From NCBI RefSeq assembly GCF_052907905.1, contig NZ_CM128590.1: DNA of 32,000 bases, one strand, 5' to 3'. Shown here in pieces: positions 29,946-32,000 of the stretch (position 1 is the first letter of the stretch; each line of letters opens with the position of its first letter). A program made the position numbers and the translations under genes. The notes under the pieces were generated by a model. That model searched no databases. It saw only the letters and a list, made by a program, of their open reading frames with translations, and was not told the DNA's origin.

Positions 29946-31614
29946 TATTTCCGAGGTTTCTGCCCGCTTTACCTTAGACGCGATGCCCGGCAAACAGATG
30001 GCGATTGACGCCGATCTTAACGCCGGATTGATCAACCAGGCGCAGGCGCAAACCCGGCGTAAAGATGTTGCCAGCGAGGCCGATTTCTACGGCGCGATGG
30101 ACGGGGCATCGAAGTTTGTGCGCGGGGACGCCATCGCCGGGATGATGATTCTGGCGATCAACCTGATCGGCGGCGTCTGTATCGGGATCTTCAAATACAA
30201 CCTGAGCGCCGATGCTGCCTTCCAGCAGTATGTGCTGATGACCATCGGCGACGGCCTGGTGGCGCAGATCCCTTCCCTGCTGCTCTCCACGGCGGCGGCG
30301 ATTATCGTCACCCGCGTCAGCGACAACGGCGATATCGCCCATGACGTGCGCCACCAGCTGCTGGCAAGCCCGTCGGTGCTCTACACCGCTACCGGGATTA
30401 TGTTTGTGCTGGCGATGGTGCCGGGAATGCCGCATCTGCCGTTTTTGCTGTTCAGCGCCCTGCTTGGCTTTACCGGCTGGCGGATGAGCAAACGCCCGCA
30501 GGCGGCGGAAGCGGAAGAGAAAAGTCTCGAAACGCTGACCCGCACCATCACCGAAACCAGCGAGCAACAGGTCAGTTGGGAAACCATTCCGCTGATCGAG
30601 CCCATCAGCTTAAGCCTCGGCTACAAGCTGGTGGCGCTGGTGGACAAAGCCCAGGGCAACCCGCTCACCCAGCGTATTCGCGGCGTGCGACAGGTGATTT
30701 CTGACGGCAACGGCGTGCTGCTGCCGGAGATCCGCATTCGGGAAAACTTCCGCCTTAAGCCCAGCCAGTACGCTATTTTCATCAACGGCATTAAGGCTGA
30801 TGAAGCGGATATTCCGGCGGATAAACTGATGGCCCTGCCCTCCAGCGAAACCTACGGCGAGATTGACGGCGTGCTGGGGAACGACCCGGCGTATGGGATG
30901 CCGGTCACCTGGATCCAGCCTGCGCAGAAGGCGAAGGCGCTGAATATGGGGTATCAGGTGATCGACAGCGCCAGCGTGATTGCTACCCATGTGAACAAGA
31001 TTGTGCGCAGCTATATTCCTGATTTGTTTAACTATGATGATATTACGCAGTTGCATAACCGTTTGGCGTCGATGGCACCGCGCCTGGCGGAAGATTTAAG
31101 CGCGGCGCTCAATTACAGCCAGTTGCTGAAAGTGTACCGGGCGCTGCTGACCGAAGGCGTTTCCCTGCGCGATATCGTCACCATCGCCACCGTGCTGGTC
31201 GCCAGTAGCGCGGTGACCAAAGATCATATTCTGCTGGCAGCTGATGTGCGCCTGGCGCTGCGGCGCAGCATTACCCATCCGTTCGTTCGCAAGCAGGAGC
31301 TGACGGTGTATACGCTGAATAATGAACTGGAAAATCTGCTGACCAATGTGGTGAATCAGGCGCAACAGGGCGGGAAAGTGATGCTTGACAGCGTGCCAAT
31401 GGACCCGAATATGCTCAACCAGTTCCAGAGCACGATGCCACAGGTGAAAGAGCAGATGAAAGCGGCGGGGAAAGACCCGGTGCTGCTGGTGCCACCGCAG
31501 CTGCGCCCTTTGCTGGCGCGTTATGCAAGGTTGTTTGCGCCGGGGCTGCATGTGCTGTCGTATAACGAAGTGCCGGATGAGCTGGAGTTGAAGATTATGG
31601 GGGCGTTGATGTAG
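29940..31614 (+). pseudogene. lfhA: 5'-truncated FlhA-like lateral flagellar export gene
   Basis: '[31 protein letters not shown]...GDGLVAQIPSLLLSTAAAIIVTR' is FlhA-like; 5' part missing (junction approximate). Confidence 0.9.
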
Positions 31615-31619
31615 GCATG

Positions 31620-31820
31620 ATAAGACGCGTCAGCGTCGCATCAGGCATCGGTGCATAACCGCCGGATGCGGCGTGAACGCCTTATCCGGCCTACCGTTCA
31701 GGCGCAGGTTTGTAGGCATGATAAGATGTGCCAGCGTCGCATCAGGCATCCGCGCACAATTGCCGGATGCGGCACAAGTTTGTAGGCACGATAAGACGCG
31801 CCAGCGTCGCATCAGGCATC
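31620..31820. repeat. REP/BIME-type array
   Basis: Repeated 'ATAAGACGCGTCAGCGTCGCATCAGGCATC', 'GCCGGATGCGGCGTGAACGCCTTATCCGGCC' and 'GCCGGATGCGGCACAAG' units. Confidence 0.85.
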
Positions 31821-31829
31821 TGCGCATAA

Positions 31830-32000
31830 TTATAAAATGATACGCTCGCCAGCATTTATATCCGTTACGTCCCCCGCCCAATCGATGGGATATAACCCTC
31901 GCTCGACATCGCGATGGAACGTTGAGAATGGCCAATCACTCACTTGCTTTACCCAACCATGCTTTACTGGATTTATATAAATATAATCAACATGATGCCT
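31830..32000 (-). CDS. rayT: REP-associated tyrosine transposase (C-terminal part, runs off the window)
   Basis: Reverse strand 'HHVDYIYINPVKHGWVKQVSDWPFSTFHRDVERGLYPIDWAGDVTDINAGERIIL*', next to a REP array and lfhA. Confidence 0.88.
   Translation of the reverse strand, partial: RHHVDYIYINPVKHGWVKQVSDWPFSTFHRDVERGLYPIDWAGDVTDINAGERIIL

Overview
The window is Escherichia coli chromosome in two parts. (1) About 1-17.9 kb is an integrated phage/satellite-like element next to a tRNA-Thr(CGT) gene (thrW). It has a P4-type integrase, an AlpA-like regulator, an AntA/AntB antirepressor, DUF4222 and Icd/Ash-like genes, a chain of small overlapping genes, and a P4-type zinc-finger/Toprim/DUF927 primase-helicase. 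It also has two large proteins resembling podoviral DNA-ejection proteins, an Abi_2/HEPN-like candidate defence gene, an IS186 inserted in a small gene, and a PerC-like gene. The left end of the element is outside the window. (2) About 17.9-32 kb is core chromosome: proA, proB, phoE, crl, frsA, gpt, pepD, the truncated rtcB-like/prfH remnant, yafP, yafO, yafN, dinB, the lafU/lfhA Flag-2 deletion scar, a REP array and the C-terminus of a REP-associated transposase. The least explained signals in the element are three. First, two iteron clusters, each with 6 copies of TTGGTTCAR, share a 55-bp perfect inverted repeat about 8.4 kb apart (784-838 and 9284-9338). Second, a ~780-bp non-coding segment (3857-4641) carries repeated GCGCGTACT motifs, a dyad and a DnaA-like box. 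Third, ejection-protein-like genes are coupled to a P4-like replication module, with the Abi/HEPN gene nearby.
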